A stretch of DNA of 37,779 nt. Origin: an uncultured Clostridia bacterium (GTDB taxonomy: Bacteria; Bacillota; Clostridia; UBA1381). The first letter of the stretch is position 1; each line of letters opens with the position of its first letter. The stretch spans positions 1 to 37,779 of the forward strand of contig CAKSGP010000001.1 of the NCBI GenBank assembly GCA_934454745.1. Direction: 5' to 3'. The notes beneath the pieces are model-generated. The model did not search any database. It saw nothing but the letters and a program-made list of their open reading frames with translations, and was not told the origin of the DNA. This document shows positions 7,183-16,528 of the stretch, in pieces. The position numbers and the translations under genes were made by a program.

Positions 7183-7890
7183 TCAAGGCAACAATCTTTT
7201 TGTAATTAATTTCGGACTTGCCATACAAAGAGCAAAGCTCTCTGCAAATTCTACTCCGCATTGGTACCCATTATACTTGCTTACAACCCTGATTTCTTCG
7301 GTCATATCTATATTATCATGCTCTTCGAGCCATTCGTACTGTGACCTATGGCATTTTATCATCTTATATTTCAGCTCCATATACTCTGTAACATCAACAT
7401 AATCCGTCGGTGAAAATCCTATTCCGCCTTCGGGTTGCATATAATATATCGGCATAGGTCTGGCTTTTCCCTTTATTTCGGGCGCATACAAAGGGTTTGA
7501 AGCGGCATATGCAGCCTCTCTTGCAAGATTTGATGTTGCAATATGATCAGACATATAATCATTAGGATAATGAGTAATTATAAAATCAGGATTAACCTGC
7601 CGGATAATTCTTACAACCTTATTTCTTGATTCTCTATTATTCTCATAAATATCCAAATCGTCAAAGCCGCCGTAAATATGTTCAAATCCCCCTATATCGC
7701 AAGAGTCCTTTGCCTCCGAATCACGAATCAGAACCAATTCCTCGGGTTTTATAGTCATATGACCCAAATTACCGCTCGAAAGATTGCACACAACGATTCT
7801 GTCTCCTCTTGCTTTGCATTTCAAGAGGGTTCCGGCACAGTAAAACTCCATATCGTCGGGATGGCATATTATTGCTAATACCGTATACAT
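7183..7890 (-). CDS. PIG-L/LmbE-family deacetylase (paralog 2)
   Basis: VLAIICHPDDMEF (HPDD motif) and ITHYPNDYMSDH. I prefer the start at MYTVL (cat 7888-7890) behind AGGAGA. The 7 upstream codons in the ORF track lack an RBS. Confidence 0.85.
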   Translation of the reverse strand: MYTVLAIICHPDDMEFYCAGTLLKCKARGDRIVVCNLSSGNLGHMTIKPEELVLIRDSEAKDSCDIGGFEHIYGGFDDLDIYENNRESRNKVVRIIRQVNPDFIITHYPNDYMSDHIATSNLAREAAYAASNPLYAPEIKGKARPMPIYYMQPEGGIGFSPTDYVDVTEYMELKYKMIKCHRSQYEWLEEHDNIDMTEEIRVVSKYNGYQCGVEFAESFALCMASPKLITKRLLP

Positions 7891-8796
7891 ATCAGAGTCT
7901 CTCCTAATCATTTTCTTTGGTCTTGCTTAGAATAAATACCGCAAATAAAATCAGTATTATTCCGCAAACATTAAGCACACTTAAATTTTCATTAAAAAAT
8001 ACTACGCTGAAAACGGTCGCAGACATCGGCTCTATTATTCCGAGAGAAGACGCTACACCGGCAGGTAATTCTTTTAAACCGAGAGTTTGTAAGAAATACG
8101 GTAAAACAGATGTAAAAATACCTATACCTATAATGAGTAAAATTATTGCCGGAGGATTTTGTAAAGTCAATTTTGCCATACTGGGAATGTCTGCACAAAT
8201 AAGAGATAATATACACATTGTAATAAAGCCATATAACGTGATTGTAAGCGGATTATAGTTATATTTCATTGCGATTTTTGTCATAATATTATAAAAAGCA
8301 TATGCAACACCCGAAAGTAATCCTATAATAAGCCCTGTCGTATTAAACTTAAAGCCGCCTATAATTCCGGACACCAAGCAACAGCCCATAATAACCGAAA
8401 TTACCGCTATTGCCTTAATTTTTGTGAATTTTTCTTTTAAAAAAATTACTGAATAAAACATTACAATAATAGGAGCTGTATACATAAGCACGACCGCCGT
8501 AGAAACCGATGTTTTATCCATTGAAATATAATAAAGCGATGATGTAAAATATATACCAATGCCGCAAGAAACCGCGAGTAAAATACCCTTTAAGTCTGTT
8601 TGATAAAGCTTTTTATTATAAAAGAATACTGCGATTGCCGTAACAACTGCCGCCACAGTACCTCTCATTGCAATCATTTGCAATGGTGAAAATCCATATG
8701 GTGATAATAAATTTACAAAAATGCAGGATGCCCCGAAAAAAACTCCTGCCAAAACAACACAGAAGAATGCATTTTTTTTCATATGTATTACTTATA
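7850..8796. repeat. Copy 2 (intact) of the ~0.95-kb direct duplication (partner 2581-3525)
   Basis: See the copy 1 entry. This copy carries intact eamA-type and PIG-L genes. Confidence 0.85.
7904..8782 (-). CDS. EamA/DMT-family (drug/metabolite transporter) membrane protein
   Basis: 292 aa with ~10 hydrophobic helices arranged as two EamA-like halves. It is intact, unlike the copy at 2634-3511. Confidence 0.85.
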   Translation of the reverse strand: MKKNAFFCVVLAGVFFGASCIFVNLLSPYGFSPLQMIAMRGTVAAVVTAIAVFFYNKKLYQTDLKGILLAVSCGIGIYFTSSLYYISMDKTSVSTAVVLMYTAPIIVMFYSVIFLKEKFTKIKAIAVISVIMGCCLVSGIIGGFKFNTTGLIIGLLSGVAYAFYNIMTKIAMKYNYNPLTITLYGFITMCILSLICADIPSMAKLTLQNPPAIILLIIGIGIFTSVLPYFLQTLGLKELPAGVASSLGIIEPMSATVFSVVFFNENLSVLNVCGIILILFAVFILSKTKEND

Positions 8797-8815
8797 CCCT
8801 ATTATCAGTATTAAC

Positions 8816-9736
8816 TTAATCTAAAATTTTCTGTTCTCGCATCCAATTAACCGCTCTTTCCATTGCCTGTTCAGAGGTATATTTCGGCTTGTAACCGAGA
8901 AGCTGTCTTGCCTTTGTAATATCCGGACACATATCGGCATAAAAATGCCACCAAGCCCCTATATTGGGATTGATTTTTTTCAAATATTCGTCCCAAGGAA
9001 TATATTCAATCGGAATTTCAGTGTTATAAATTTTCGCATAGGTCTTTACAAATTGTGTCATAGTAAGAGCATAAGATGTGCCGCCGTTGAATATCTGTCC
9101 GGCTGCAGCTTTACGGTTATTTACTGCAAGAACAAAAAGCCTTGAAAGATCCTCTGCATCGCAGGGCATAATTAGCGCATCGGAACCGGACGGTAAATAA
9201 ACCTTTTCACCCCTCATATGAGCTTTGTGATTTTCAGCACTTCGATCCGCAAAACAGTCAAGCGGTATCTTACCGGGACCGCATATATTAGACGGAAGAA
9301 TAACAGTAAATTCTGCTTTATGGGCATATGACTCCGAGAGTATCTCTCTTATCTGCACAAAGCGCTTTTTTGCCCAATCAAAAGGACTTTCATTTTGGAA
9401 AATTTCAGGTGTAGGAATTACATTTGGTTTGCCGAGCATCCAAAATGATCCGCACGCAATTATATGCTCAGCACGGTCTTTAAAAACCTTCCATGTGTTG
9501 TATGCTGTACCGGGTATATCAATAACTACCTCAAAATTCTCGGCATTCGCAATTTTCGTAAGTTCGTTTTCGTCACCGGAATTGCAATATACAAATTTTG
9601 CGCCTGCAAACATTGCGGAATCCGGAGCCGGTGCTCCGGGCAAGTTTGCAACTACAACCTCATACCCCTCGGACACCAGCATAGGTACCATGTGCATACC
9701 CATATGCCCGGCTCCGCCTATCACTAAAATTTTCAT
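8816..9736 (-). CDS. NAD-dependent epimerase/dehydratase-type SDR
   Basis: KILVIGGAGHMGMHMV is a GxxGxxG Rossmann motif. The ~306-aa length fits the extended SDR class. I prefer the start at MKIL (9736) behind GGAGA. Confidence 0.8.
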   Translation of the reverse strand: MKILVIGGAGHMGMHMVPMLVSEGYEVVVANLPGAPAPDSAMFAGAKFVYCNSGDENELTKIANAENFEVVIDIPGTAYNTWKVFKDRAEHIIACGSFWMLGKPNVIPTPEIFQNESPFDWAKKRFVQIREILSESYAHKAEFTVILPSNICGPGKIPLDCFADRSAENHKAHMRGEKVYLPSGSDALIMPCDAEDLSRLFVLAVNNRKAAAGQIFNGGTSYALTMTQFVKTYAKIYNTEIPIEYIPWDEYLKKINPNIGAWWHFYADMCPDITKARQLLGYKPKYTSEQAMERAVNWMREQKILD

Positions 9737-9899
9737 AATATTCTCCATTCTGCCGCTAAAGTTTAAGTGCGCATAGAAATCAAAATCTCCGCCAGCGACT
9801 ACCGAAGATTAAATCACTGTGTATCCGCCATTTATAATAGATGAGCCTTATGCCATATTTTATTGTGTTCGGTACGATTTATCACACTAATAACCTTCT

Positions 9900-11597
9900 T
9901 TAAAAAATTTCCGGATTCTCGTAAACCATTGCAGCAAATAATGATGCCGACCAACCGTAATCCCTAATTGACTGATCAGTAATAATCAAATTGCCGGGTT
10001 CGACCGGATCACCTTTACGCCTTAACCGTTTTGGTGTTTTTTGCATATTGTTATCATAGTATTCGAAAAAAACTCCCTCGTTTTCGTACCAACGCACTAA
10101 TTCGTAAACAACTTTTTTAATAATATTCTTGGCAAGATTTTTATAACCGTATCGTATAAGCCCATTGCATATAAAATATACATAATTTATCCAAACCGGT
10201 CCGCGCCACATATCTGTTCCGAAGGTCGGATCGGTAATAGAAAGTGATGGGCATGGTAATGGGGTTCCAAAATCTTTTTCGTCATTTAATGATCTCACAA
10301 GATACTCTGCTTGTTCTTCAGTGCAAGCACCTGCAAAAAGAGGAATATACGAAGCTATGCTTTTTACTTTTGAAAATTCCTTTGTTGAGCATATTCTGTC
10401 ATAAAAGAAATTTTGCTTACTGTCCCAAAGCAATGTTTGCATTTTTTCTTTAAGTTGATTATATCTTGCAACCCAAATGGCCTTTTCTTTGTCGCGGCCG
10501 TAAATTTCACATAAAGAAATCATTGCCTCGTACTCATTAAGCATGAATCCTGTAAAATCAATATGATCCATTTCAACAATCACATCGAATCTTGAAGAAT
10601 TATCCATTCCGCTTTCAGCACAGGCGCAGTTTTCTCCTGTGTCTTCTATACACCAATGGAACATACCGTCCGGTGTGCTTCTTTCACGTATATCCCATTC
10701 AAGATAGGCCGATATTTTATCTAAACGGTCTTCAAACCACTCTTTTTTCCCAGTTTTTTTTATAAGACTCAAAACACCCCAAGCAATTACAGGTGGCTGT
10801 GTTATATTGGAACGTTTGTCAGGATCCGCTCTATGTGGAATAAAACCATTTTCAAGTTCGGAATCAAGTACAGAATAAATACTGTCTCTTGCAAGGGTAG
10901 GTTCAATATAAAAATTGCCTATACTGTGAAAAATAGAATCCCAAAGCCAAAGCGCCTTATGTGGCAGTCTATCGGGAGTTGTCCATCTTTGTTTAAACAT
11001 ACCCTGAGGTGAATAAACCTGCGATTTCATAATAGATAATGTTTTGGCAAGCGTACGCGCGACCCTTTGATTTTTAATTGCAGGCTTTTGAATATTATCA
11101 AAAAATGCTTTTTTTTCTAATATTGTTTTTTCAACATCCAATGCTGAAACATAATGTGACTTTTTATCATAGGAAAACATAAAATAATCATGCTCACCAT
11201 CAGAGTTAAGTACCAAATCAAAGCTATGTCCGTCAGTCATACAGGAATCGGTAACTTTCATTATCTTCTCCTCGCCGACAATGGCCCTAAAGGTACCTGC
11301 GGGGCATTTTCCGATAATAGAGTTGGATGAAACGAAGGAAAATACGATTTCTGCATTTTCTCCCTTTTCATTACTCATTTTACCGTAAATTATGTCCGAT
11401 GCAACAATTTGCCAAACAAGTTTGGTAAATTGTTCATATTTAAGTGATATGTATATTTCGGATGACGGTTCGGTATAAAATCGCACACCTATTCGGTCGC
11501 CCATCAATATTCCCGCAAGCTGGTTATGATAATCAACAACAAAATCCAATCCGGACGCTGCAAACAGTGCTCCGGCTCCCCATATATCAGGATACAT
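9900..11597 (-). CDS. (alpha/alpha)6-barrel glycoside hydrolase, GH63/GH37-like (trehalase / mannosylglycerate-hydrolase-like)
   Basis: LWLWDSIFH, GFIPH, TQPPVIAWG, ESGMDNSSRFD (compare ESGWDxSxRW in trehalases), WRGPVWINY and FFEYYD. I place the start at MYPDIWG (cat 11595-11597) behind GGGGGA. The 49 upstream codons of the track ORF overlap the GH4 gene and are rejected. Confidence 0.7.
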   Translation of the reverse strand: MYPDIWGAGALFAASGLDFVVDYHNQLAGILMGDRIGVRFYTEPSSEIYISLKYEQFTKLVWQIVASDIIYGKMSNEKGENAEIVFSFVSSNSIIGKCPAGTFRAIVGEEKIMKVTDSCMTDGHSFDLVLNSDGEHDYFMFSYDKKSHYVSALDVEKTILEKKAFFDNIQKPAIKNQRVARTLAKTLSIMKSQVYSPQGMFKQRWTTPDRLPHKALWLWDSIFHSIGNFYIEPTLARDSIYSVLDSELENGFIPHRADPDKRSNITQPPVIAWGVLSLIKKTGKKEWFEDRLDKISAYLEWDIRERSTPDGMFHWCIEDTGENCACAESGMDNSSRFDVIVEMDHIDFTGFMLNEYEAMISLCEIYGRDKEKAIWVARYNQLKEKMQTLLWDSKQNFFYDRICSTKEFSKVKSIASYIPLFAGACTEEQAEYLVRSLNDEKDFGTPLPCPSLSITDPTFGTDMWRGPVWINYVYFICNGLIRYGYKNLAKNIIKKVVYELVRWYENEGVFFEYYDNNMQKTPKRLRRKGDPVEPGNLIITDQSIRDYGWSASLFAAMVYENPEIF

Positions 11598-11616
11598 ATT
11601 TTTCCCCCTAAATTTT

Positions 11617-13002
11617 TTACGGTAGCTTATAACCGTCAAGATACTTTTTAGTATTGTTAACCATTTCATCAAACAACTCACGCGACTGCTTAATAGAAAG
11701 CGGCATATGGTTAGAGCATGAGAACGCTCTGAATGCAAGTTCAAGATCTTTATTTATTCCTGCTTCAACAAGCATCTCCTGCTCAGCAACAATGGGAGCT
11801 GTAAGGGCATACAACTCATCCGGTAATTTCCCTGCCATAACCGGGCGTACACTGTCGTTTCTGAATACGGCATTTGTTTCAACAACCGCATCCAACGGAA
11901 GATTGGGTATCTGTCCCATATTAGGAAGATTGACATTAGTAATCATATCCCCACAACCGAGAATGGCCTCTATTTGCTGTACTCCCTCTTCGCCCGACTC
12001 TTTAATTTTTAATTTTTCCTCACCGGTATACAGGCGTTTGCTTTTTTGGAGACGGAATTTAAGATTTTCTCTTCTCCAGCTTATAGGAGTTAACGCATAT
12101 CCGAAGTCCTCAACCTGCTGCTTATCTCTCATATACCATTCAATAGGACAAAACTCTGCCAAATGTCGGTCACCGGCTGCGGCAATTATGCCATAACGTT
12201 TAAAGAGATCCATTTTAACCATTTCGTGTGAATTAAATACAAGCTCACCTGCACCACAGTCAAAATAGCAATCATATTTGCCTTCTTCCACACCGCGAAT
12301 ATATTCTGCATATACAGGAAAAAGATCAATATCGTTATAACGTGCAGAATCAATCCAAGTAAAATGATTTATGCCGTAAACATTAGTTATGATCTCATGT
12401 CTGTCAACGTCCTTAATTCCCTTAACATCAGCAAGTGCCTGTGCAAGAAGGCGCTGTGTCGAGAAAACTTCGTGGCAGCAACCAAATGCCTTTATTTTCG
12501 GAAAGACTTTATAAAGAGTTCTTACACAAATAGACATCGGATTTGTATAATTGATTACCCATGCTTCCGGACAATTATCGCGAATTGCCTCCGCTATTGT
12601 TACATACATAGGTACTGTACGCAAGGCTCTGATTATTCCTCCGGGTCCTACAGTATCTCCGACCGATTGATAAATGCCGTATTTCTCCGGGGTATGCAAA
12701 TCCGATTCCATTTCATCGAAAGTTCCGGGAAGAATAGAAATAACTACTATATCCGCTCCGGTAAGTGCTTTATCAATAGTTTCCTCGGCTTTGTATTCCC
12801 ATTTTGCAGCCTGTGGATTATCATTACATATTCTGTTACCTATTATCTCATTATGCTTTGCAGCCTCAAAATCAATATCATAAAGAGCAACCTGACCCGA
12901 AATTTTTTTAGACAAGGCAAGATCATTCATAAGATCCCAAGCCCAATCACGCGATCCGCCTCCGATATATGCAATTTTAACGCTATTTAATTTTTTTTCC
13001 AT
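11617..13002 (-). CDS. Glycoside hydrolase family 4 (NAD+/Mn2+-dependent; LplD/AglA-type alpha-glycosidase)
   Basis: KIAYIGGGSRDWAWDLMNDL...VALYDIDFEAAKHNE, NYTNPMS and GCCHEV are GH4 hallmarks. The N-terminus resembles B. subtilis LplD as I remember it. Confidence 0.85.
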   Translation of the reverse strand: MEKKLNSVKIAYIGGGSRDWAWDLMNDLALSKKISGQVALYDIDFEAAKHNEIIGNRICNDNPQAAKWEYKAEETIDKALTGADIVVISILPGTFDEMESDLHTPEKYGIYQSVGDTVGPGGIIRALRTVPMYVTIAEAIRDNCPEAWVINYTNPMSICVRTLYKVFPKIKAFGCCHEVFSTQRLLAQALADVKGIKDVDRHEIITNVYGINHFTWIDSARYNDIDLFPVYAEYIRGVEEGKYDCYFDCGAGELVFNSHEMVKMDLFKRYGIIAAAGDRHLAEFCPIEWYMRDKQQVEDFGYALTPISWRRENLKFRLQKSKRLYTGEEKLKIKESGEEGVQQIEAILGCGDMITNVNLPNMGQIPNLPLDAVVETNAVFRNDSVRPVMAGKLPDELYALTAPIVAEQEMLVEAGINKDLELAFRAFSCSNHMPLSIKQSRELFDEMVNNTKKYLDGYKLP

Positions 13003-13021
13003 ATCTATACCGCCTTTTTAT

Positions 13022-13126
13022 TTATTTAATAATATCTGTTTTATTTAAAATTTCAAGTAATCTTATATCCTGTGTTACACCGTCATCATAACTGAATGTG
13101 ACCGCCTTAAGTTTTCCGTTAAACAT
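13022..13126 (-). pseudogene. 34-codon remnant of a CE4 polysaccharide deacetylase N-terminus
   Basis: GGAGTAGATAA-ATG, then MFNGKLKAVTFSYDDGVTQDIRLLEILNK followed by TDIIK-stop. The TFSYDDGVTQD...L..LNK string is the conserved start of the NodB/CE4 domain. It is too short for the ORF track and lies 19 nt upstream of the GH4 start. Confidence 0.5.
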
Positions 13127-13184
13127 TTATCTACTCCTGTAATTTCCTTTTAAGAAATTAAAGCCGCAATATATTTTCCTCTTA

Positions 13185-13214
13185 GTCTGCTGCAATAAGT
13201 TTATTGCAGCAGAC
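13185..13214 (-). other. Perfect 14-bp inverted repeat (hairpin) just downstream of the solute-binding-protein gene
   Basis: GTCTGCTGCAATAA (13185-13198) pairs with TTATTGCAGCAGAC (13201-13214). There is no U-tract on the minus strand, so this is more likely an intercistronic stabiliser or partial terminator than a full stop. Confidence 0.5.
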
Positions 13215-13242
13215 CTTGTTTTAACTGAAAGTCAATTGAATA

Positions 13243-14727
13243 TTAAGAAGCAACATTACCAACGCCAACAGTTTCCTTAAGACACTTTGAAATCTGCGAT
13301 TTTGCGCTATCAACAACTTGAGCCGGCTGTTTTCCATCCACAATTATGCTGCTCCAAAAGGCTTTAGAGAGGTTATTGCCTGAATACCAATTGCTTAAAG
13401 CATATATCTTATCATCAAGTATTTTTGCGCACTTGTTATTAACGAAGTCCTCGGCGATTTTTCTGTGTTCATCCGAAAATGCCACTTTTTCAAGCGGATC
13501 ATATCCTGCCGCTTTCTGTTCCTCTATTGATGCGTGACGCAGGAACAGGCGATCATAGTAACGGTAGGCAACAGCACCTATCGGGTTTTTGCCGTTTTTA
13601 AGGAAGAACGAAGCGTCAGAAACCGTATAAGCATAATATTTTCCGTCAGATGCCATAGGTAGCGGAACCATTCCTATTTCGTCATTCATAGTATTATATA
13701 AATCGTACTGCTTTATTGCGTTAGGAGCTCTTTCAATGTGCATAGCCAATTTACGATCCTTGAATCCCGCACCGCTTGCAACATAGGTGCCGTCCTTTGC
13801 AAGATCGCTTATAAGTTGAAGCCCCTTCATAGCATTCGGAGTATCAATTGTAACCTGCCACTTGTTATTAGAGGTTTCGCTAATACCGGTTGCACCGTTC
13901 ATGGCTAAAAATACGGAATAATCCCATGTGCCAACACCGTTTACCGCAACATCTTTACCGTTGGCAGCATATGTTTTACAAGCCTGCGCAACAGATTTAA
14001 ACTTTTCTACTGTCCACTGTCCCGCTTTATAAAGCTCATATGGATCTTCAACGCCCTTTTCCTTTAAGTAGGTTTTGTTGTACCATACAAAATACGTAGA
14101 ATCAATAAGTCCGCTCCAAGAAATGGCATAGGTTTTTCCGTTGAAAACGCACCCTGTAAATGCATCGCCGTTTTCCCAAACCGGATCTTCTTTAACTATA
14201 TGTTTATCAATAGAAACCGCAAGATTGGAATATACATATCGCATAAGGTTAGTACTTGCCGCATGCGCTACATCGGGCGGATTCCCGGAAGCTACGAGCG
14301 TTGCCACCATATTAGGTAACTGAGAGTTGGAATAAACTACCGTTTTAACATTTATACCCCATTTATTTTTAAGCTTATCAAATGCGTATTTTGTTTGGGG
14401 ATATTTATTTACATCCTCATCACTGCCAACAACAACAGTAAGAGTTGTGCCCTTTAGCTTTGCCTTTGAAAAATACTCTTCCTGCGGAGTTAATTTTTCG
14501 GAATTGATCAATCCCTGATCCTCCGTACTGTTTGTAAATTTTTTATCGCCTGTTTTACCCGAACTGGAGGTAATGGTGTCCTCTGAGTCGACGCTACTGT
14601 TATCAGTAATTTCTTGCCATTCCTCTGAATATATCCATTCGTCTTTGTCTTTTTTTCTGCAGGCGGCAATGGTAAATATCATAACAGCCGCAGTTATTAA
14701 AGACAAAATGCTTTTAAGTTTTTTCAT
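13243..14727 (-). CDS. ABC-transporter extracellular solute-binding lipoprotein (CUT1 sugar type)
   Basis: MKKLKSILSLITAAVMIFTIAAC provides a signal peptide plus lipobox. A Ser/Thr/Asp linker follows, then a ~430-aa body of SBP length and composition. I prefer the start at 14727 behind GGGAGA. Confidence 0.8.
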   Translation of the reverse strand: MKKLKSILSLITAAVMIFTIAACRKKDKDEWIYSEEWQEITDNSSVDSEDTITSSSGKTGDKKFTNSTEDQGLINSEKLTPQEEYFSKAKLKGTTLTVVVGSDEDVNKYPQTKYAFDKLKNKWGINVKTVVYSNSQLPNMVATLVASGNPPDVAHAASTNLMRYVYSNLAVSIDKHIVKEDPVWENGDAFTGCVFNGKTYAISWSGLIDSTYFVWYNKTYLKEKGVEDPYELYKAGQWTVEKFKSVAQACKTYAANGKDVAVNGVGTWDYSVFLAMNGATGISETSNNKWQVTIDTPNAMKGLQLISDLAKDGTYVASGAGFKDRKLAMHIERAPNAIKQYDLYNTMNDEIGMVPLPMASDGKYYAYTVSDASFFLKNGKNPIGAVAYRYYDRLFLRHASIEEQKAAGYDPLEKVAFSDEHRKIAEDFVNNKCAKILDDKIYALSNWYSGNNLSKAFWSSIIVDGKQPAQVVDSAKSQISKCLKETVGVGNVAS

Positions 14728-14752
14728 AAAACAATCTCCCTTCAATTTCTTT

Positions 14753-16528
14753 TTAATCAATTGTGAACATATGCAGAATATTATAACCGTCAGAATATTC
14801 TATCAGATTATCAAGTCGTGCAGTCTGTTCAAGCTTGTTGGTAATCAAAAGTGCTATTTTATAAGTTCCGGTTTTATTCGGAAGTGTCATGTTCGCATTC
14901 ACGTTATGCACAAGAAGCGTGCGGTCGGTATAATCGGCAGGATTTGTAGGATGCCAATCTTCCGGATTGCCTGCCTGCACCTTAGATATTACATTATTAT
15001 TTTCATCTAAAATTACAAAGTAGCTTGAAAGATTATGACCTGTAGCCATTCCGTAGTTTTGCAGGTACATATTTAATTTTATCTTTGATCCTGCCTTGGT
15101 TCCGCCGGTCACCGAAAGATTTTTGGCTGAAAACCTGTAACCGAGATGATCCCTTATGTACTCGAAAGCATTGCGTTGCACATTGCCGCCATCTTTATCT
15201 GTAAACCACGCATTACTGTAATGTACTCCTATATTATCAAGTATTTTAGGCGTAACTTCCTCACATTTCCAACCGTAAAGGATTGTTTGCTCAATAGGAA
15301 CGCCGTACATTGACATATCACCGTAAGAATGGTTGGCACTAAAAGTGGAAAGCCTTAACTCGGACATGGTTTCAATAGAACTGTAAGCATCAACATACGA
15401 ATTTGATTCATCTTTGAAATATCTTGAGGTGAAAAGCTCTGCATCCATTATGGCATACGGTGCTTCTTTCATACCGACATCCCAATATCCGCCGTAATTG
15501 CCCGGTCTCCAATAAGATTGACCCATATCTGCATCCGGATAAATTTTTCCAAAAAACGCATCACAGGCATAGCCCACACGATTATATCGGGGGTGGTCCT
15601 TGCTCAGAAGCATTGTTTTCCAATATGGTTGACGCATATTTATGTATAACGCTTTAGGAACCGTATCAAGTACTAATTCAACAACCTCTGTGAGACCTTC
15701 GTTGACTTGCTTTTGATATTCTTCCGCAGTCAAATCCGCTCTGCTCACTCCGTCATCCAAAGGCGTATCACCCAAAGATGTCCATTCTCCGTAATGTCCG
15801 AAAAGATTAACGCCTACACTGTAAATCGCCTCTTCCCATTTTTCCCAAATCTTACTGTAGTAGTTTTTTACGTGGTATATAATAGTGCTTTTTCTTGCAC
15901 CGCCTCTGATTGCTTCCGACACACCCGTATAATCTGTACTGTAGTGCATATAGTAAAAACCCAAATACATTTTTATGCCAAGATCCTTATATACCTTACA
16001 AACCGTATTTATGTATTCTATAGCCTCATCGGGAATGATTTTTTCATTCTTGTAATTGTACATTATAAAATATACGCGGGATACCGTTACACTCTCGCTA
16101 ACGGTATTGATGGATATATCGTTCTTTATACGTGAATAAAGCTTTTCATAGGTATAGTTTTGAGATTCGTTGCGAAGCTTACTGATATCGGGAACAACGT
16201 AATCTTCCTCAGAACGCCAGCCACGATCCGGATTACCGTTAAGCAAAACGCTGTTTTCTGCCGGAAGCGCAGTAAATGTAAGCTGTGCAGTAGCGGGGAC
16301 AGATATTTTCTCAGTTGTATTTTTTGTTTCAGAATAAGACAGCGAACTGTCAGATGAAGAATTGTCGGAAGAGGAATTATCCGACGAAGTGTCGTCAGCG
16401 GATGTCGTACTGCTGCTTGATGAATTATCAGGCTTTGGGTTGCTTGGCTTTTTGCTGTCACTGCATCCGGTAAAAAGACTAAGCATAAATACAAAACACA
16501 GTAAAACTGAAACTAATCTTTTATTCAT
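14753..16528 (-). CDS. Lipoprotein with a TIM-barrel glycosidase-like body (DUF4874/DUF4832-like)
   Basis: Lipobox LSLFTGC. A ~40-aa Ser/Asp-rich linker is encoded at ~16342-16459. The motifs NGNPDRGWR and LFGHYGEWT recall the DUF4874/DUF4832 putative hydrolase pair. The family assignment is from memory only. Confidence 0.55.
   Translation of the reverse strand: MNKRLVSVLLCFVFMLSLFTGCSDSKKPSNPKPDNSSSSSTTSADDTSSDNSSSDNSSSDSSLSYSETKNTTEKISVPATAQLTFTALPAENSVLLNGNPDRGWRSEEDYVVPDISKLRNESQNYTYEKLYSRIKNDISINTVSESVTVSRVYFIMYNYKNEKIIPDEAIEYINTVCKVYKDLGIKMYLGFYYMHYSTDYTGVSEAIRGGARKSTIIYHVKNYYSKIWEKWEEAIYSVGVNLFGHYGEWTSLGDTPLDDGVSRADLTAEEYQKQVNEGLTEVVELVLDTVPKALYINMRQPYWKTMLLSKDHPRYNRVGYACDAFFGKIYPDADMGQSYWRPGNYGGYWDVGMKEAPYAIMDAELFTSRYFKDESNSYVDAYSSIETMSELRLSTFSANHSYGDMSMYGVPIEQTILYGWKCEEVTPKILDNIGVHYSNAWFTDKDGGNVQRNAFEYIRDHLGYRFSAKNLSVTGGTKAGSKIKLNMYLQNYGMATGHNLSSYFVILDENNNVISKVQAGNPEDWHPTNPADYTDRTLLVHNVNANMTLPNKTGTYKIALLITNKLEQTARLDNLIEYSDGYNILHMFTID

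Noticed and set aside
11598-11744. The N-terminal 49 codons of the 614-aa ORF (9900-11744), overlapping the 3' end of the GH4 gene
   Set aside because: The extension lies out of frame inside the well-supported GH4 CDS, has an odd composition and lacks an RBS. A GGGGGA RBS precedes the internal ATG at 11597, which sits 19 nt after the GH4 stop.
11654-12990. Long plus-strand ORFs (11654-12196, 180 aa; 12364-12990, 208 aa; 12674-12883) antisense to the GH4 gene
   Set aside because: They lie entirely inside a strongly supported minus-strand gene. The translated sequences are low-complexity (rich in Ser, Ile, Cys and Arg) with no motif or RBS. The same reasoning applies to the other antisense ORFs in the track, for example 499-915, 2647-2988, 7917-8258, 9429-9776, 14573-15010, 15707-16135, 16821-17315, 26933-27253, 29077-29856 and 36242-36601.
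16342-16459. Ser/Asp-rich repetitive coding stretch, considered as a possible tandem DNA repeat or contingency locus
   Set aside because: The DNA is not a clean tandem repeat, because codons vary. It encodes a typical flexible linker following a lipoprotein signal peptide.
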